DNA from: Nitrospirales bacterium
Lineage (GTDB): Bacteria; Nitrospirota; Nitrospiria; Nitrospirales; UBA8639
DNA: 64,000 nucleotides
NCBI GenBank assembly: GCA_963555755.3
Contig: OY820905.2
Coordinates: forward strand, 2,400,001-2,464,000
Direction of reading: 5' to 3'
Part shown: in pieces, positions 62,192 through 64,000 of the stretch
Layout: every line of letters begins with the position of its first letter
How positions within the stretch are numbered: the stretch's first letter is position 1
Program-made: the position numbers and the translations under genes
Notes under the pieces: generated by a model
Databases searched by the model: none
What the model saw: the letters and a program-made list of their open reading frames with translations, nothing else
What the model was told of the DNA's origin: nothing

Positions 62192-62392
62192 AGGGCCTCC
62201 AGGGAAGACGGCTCGCAACAGCGGGAGGGAATGTTCAAAAAAGTTCGTTTTCTGACCCGCCCAACCCAAGCGCGCCAAGACACGCCCTTCCGCAGGCAAG
62301 GCCGCAGCCCTTTTGACGCGCGGAGCGTACTCTTAGTACGTGAGCACGGGAAAAGGGTGAGAACGCCGCTGGCGGCTTTTTTCAACATTCCC
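62159..62392. mobile_element. MITE family A copy (234 bp) just after the native pstB start codon
   Basis: 5-bp TSD GTTAT (62154-62158, 62393-62397). Confidence 0.9.
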
Positions 62393-62396
62393 GTTA

Positions 62397-63452
62397 TCAC
62401 CTTTGAGCCCTCTCAGCACGATGCCGGATAAGGACCGCGACGGCATTCATCAAAAGGAGCACGGCGAGAAGAACAATGATCCCCGCGGCCGCGAGTTGGT
62501 GAAACTCCGGTTGCGGCCGCGATGCCCAGTTGAAGATCTGAATGGGAAGGGCCGTGAAGGCGTCCAAAGGTCCATCGGGAACAAACGCGACGTAGGTCAG
62601 AGCTCCGATCGTGATAAGTGGGGCGGTCTCTCCAATCGCACGCGAAAATGCGAGGATGATGCCGGTGATAATTCCCGGTAGTGCCGCGGGAAGGACATGG
62701 GCTCGCACCGTCTGCCAGCGAGTGGCACCGAGGGCATAGGCAGCTTGGCGGATGGAGCCGGGTACTCCACGGATGGCTTCCCGGGCCGCGATAATGATGA
62801 CCGGCAGGATCAGCAGACTCATGGTAAGGCTTCCCGCAAGAACGCTTCGCTCCAGCCCGAGCCACCGCACGAATATCACCAGTCCCAGGATGCCGTAGAC
62901 AATAGAGGGAACACCGGCAAGGTTGGCGATGTTGATCTCAATGAACCGGCTGACCCTTCCGCTCAGCGCGTATTCCTCAAGATAGATCGCCGCCGCTACC
63001 CCGACGGGGATCGAGAAGGCGGCCGTGAGGCTGATCAGCCATACCGTACCCCAAAGTGCCGAATGGATCCCTGCCTTCTCAGGAAAACGGGAGGGGAAAT
63101 CGGTGAGGAACTGAAGATCCACCCAAGGGAGTCCCTCGCGGGTGACGTGAAAGAGCAGAACGCCCAGCAACACCACGCCGGCCCAGGTCACGGCGGCACA
63201 GAGCAGGCGAAAGGCTTTGGAGACCATGTGACGACGCGCCAGGCATTGGGATGTGGATCTGTTGAATATTTCAGGTTCATGACCCATAAATTCTCCAGGA
63301 AAGGCAGTTCGCATCAGAGGGAGGGAATGTTCAAAAAAGTTCGTCCAGCAAGGCCGCAGCCCTTTTGACGAGCGGAGCGTACTCATAGTACGTGAGCACG
63401 GGAAAAGGGCGAGAACGCCGCTGGCGGCTTTTTTCAACATTCCCGATGTCAT
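62397..63452 (-). CDS. pstA: Phosphate ABC permease PstA with a 65-codon in-frame MITE insertion
   Basis: [29 protein letters not shown] overlaps the pstC stop. Confidence 0.93.
   Translation of the reverse strand: MTSGMLKKAASGVLALFPCSRTMSTLRSSKGLRPCWTNFFEHSLPLMRTAFPGEFMGHEPEIFNRSTSQCLARRHMVSKAFRLLCAAVTWAGVVLLGVLLFHVTREGLPWVDLQFLTDFPSRFPEKAGIHSALWGTVWLISLTAAFSIPVGVAAAIYLEEYALSGRVSRFIEINIANLAGVPSIVYGILGLVIFVRWLGLERSVLAGSLTMSLLILPVIIIAAREAIRGVPGSIRQAAYALGATRWQTVRAHVLPAALPGIITGIILAFSRAIGETAPLITIGALTYVAFVPDGPLDAFTALPIQIFNWASRPQPEFHQLAAAGIIVLLAVLLLMNAVAVLIRHRAERAQR
63255..63444. mobile_element. MITE family A copy (190 bp) just after the pstA start codon
   Basis: 5-bp TSD GATGT (63250-63254, 63445-63449). 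Confidence 0.9.
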
Positions 63453-64000
63453 TCGTAGACCTCCCGAAATCTTCGGAGTACGCGGTGTGCGACGAGGTTC
63501 ATGCCGAGTGTCATGGCGAAAAGGAGAGCCGCTACGGCAAAGATGGTCCGATATTCCAGTGTCCCCGCGGGGGCATCGCCCAAACTGACCTGGACGATGT
63601 AGGCCGTCATCGTCTGGATGCTTTCAAGCGGATTCAACGTCATCTTGGGCGTCGCGCCCGCTGCCAGCGTGACGGCCATTGTCTCGCCAATGGCACGCGA
63701 CAAAGCAAGCACGAACGATGCTATCACCCCGGAGAGGGCTCCAGGCACCACAAGCCGAGTCGTCACTTCGAACGAGGTCGCTCCCAAGGCATAAGCTCCC
63801 TGGCGGAGTGTGTCAGGCACCGCGCGGAGCGCGTCATCGCAAAGGGAAGCGACCATGGGAAGCACCATGATGCCAACGACGATGGAAGCGCTCGCCGCGT
63901 TAAACACCTGCACCCTCGGAAAGATGCTCGCCAGAGTAGGCGTCACAAACGAGAGCGCAAAGTAACCGTAGACCACGGTCGGAATCCCTGCAAGAATTTC
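63449..64000 (-). CDS. pstC: Phosphate ABC permease PstC (5' part outside the window)
   Basis: [22 protein letters not shown]. Confidence 0.93.
   Translation of the reverse strand, partial: EILAGIPTVVYGYFALSFVTPTLASIFPRVQVFNAASASIVVGIMVLPMVASLCDDALRAVPDTLRQGAYALGATSFEVTTRLVVPGALSGVIASFVLALSRAIGETMAVTLAAGATPKMTLNPLESIQTMTAYIVQVSLGDAPAGTLEYRTIFAVAALLFAMTLGMNLVAHRVLRRFREVYE

Overview
Bacterial chromosomal segment, most consistent with a marine or halotolerant Nitrospirota genome (inference from the F0-only atp cluster, gene content and repeat types). The backbone carries lipB, rlmN, a larE-like gene, atpZBEF, pabB/pabC-like genes, nadB, hemL, a metal ABC importer with porin, glycine-betaine synthesis and uptake genes, pntAB, rpsU, nth, a RelE/Phd pair and a pst/phoU/porin cluster. 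Intergenic space is packed with several families of MITE/REP-like repeats, often nested. The main finding is three unrelated IS110/IS1111 bridge-type recombinase elements, each inserted into a different host repeat family. For each, the 2-nt core, the promoter formed on circularisation and the target guides in the non-coding end can be read from the sequence; donor guides are clear for two and partial for the third. Also notable: a MITE inserted just after the start codon of both pstA (in frame) and pstB (out of frame, apparently supplying a new RBS and ATG); a cluster of histone-H1-like and HARE-HTH genes; a diiron oxidase paired with an RRE-like methyltransferase; and a (TTAGGG)4 tract. All alignments and coordinates were done by eye, with no database searches.
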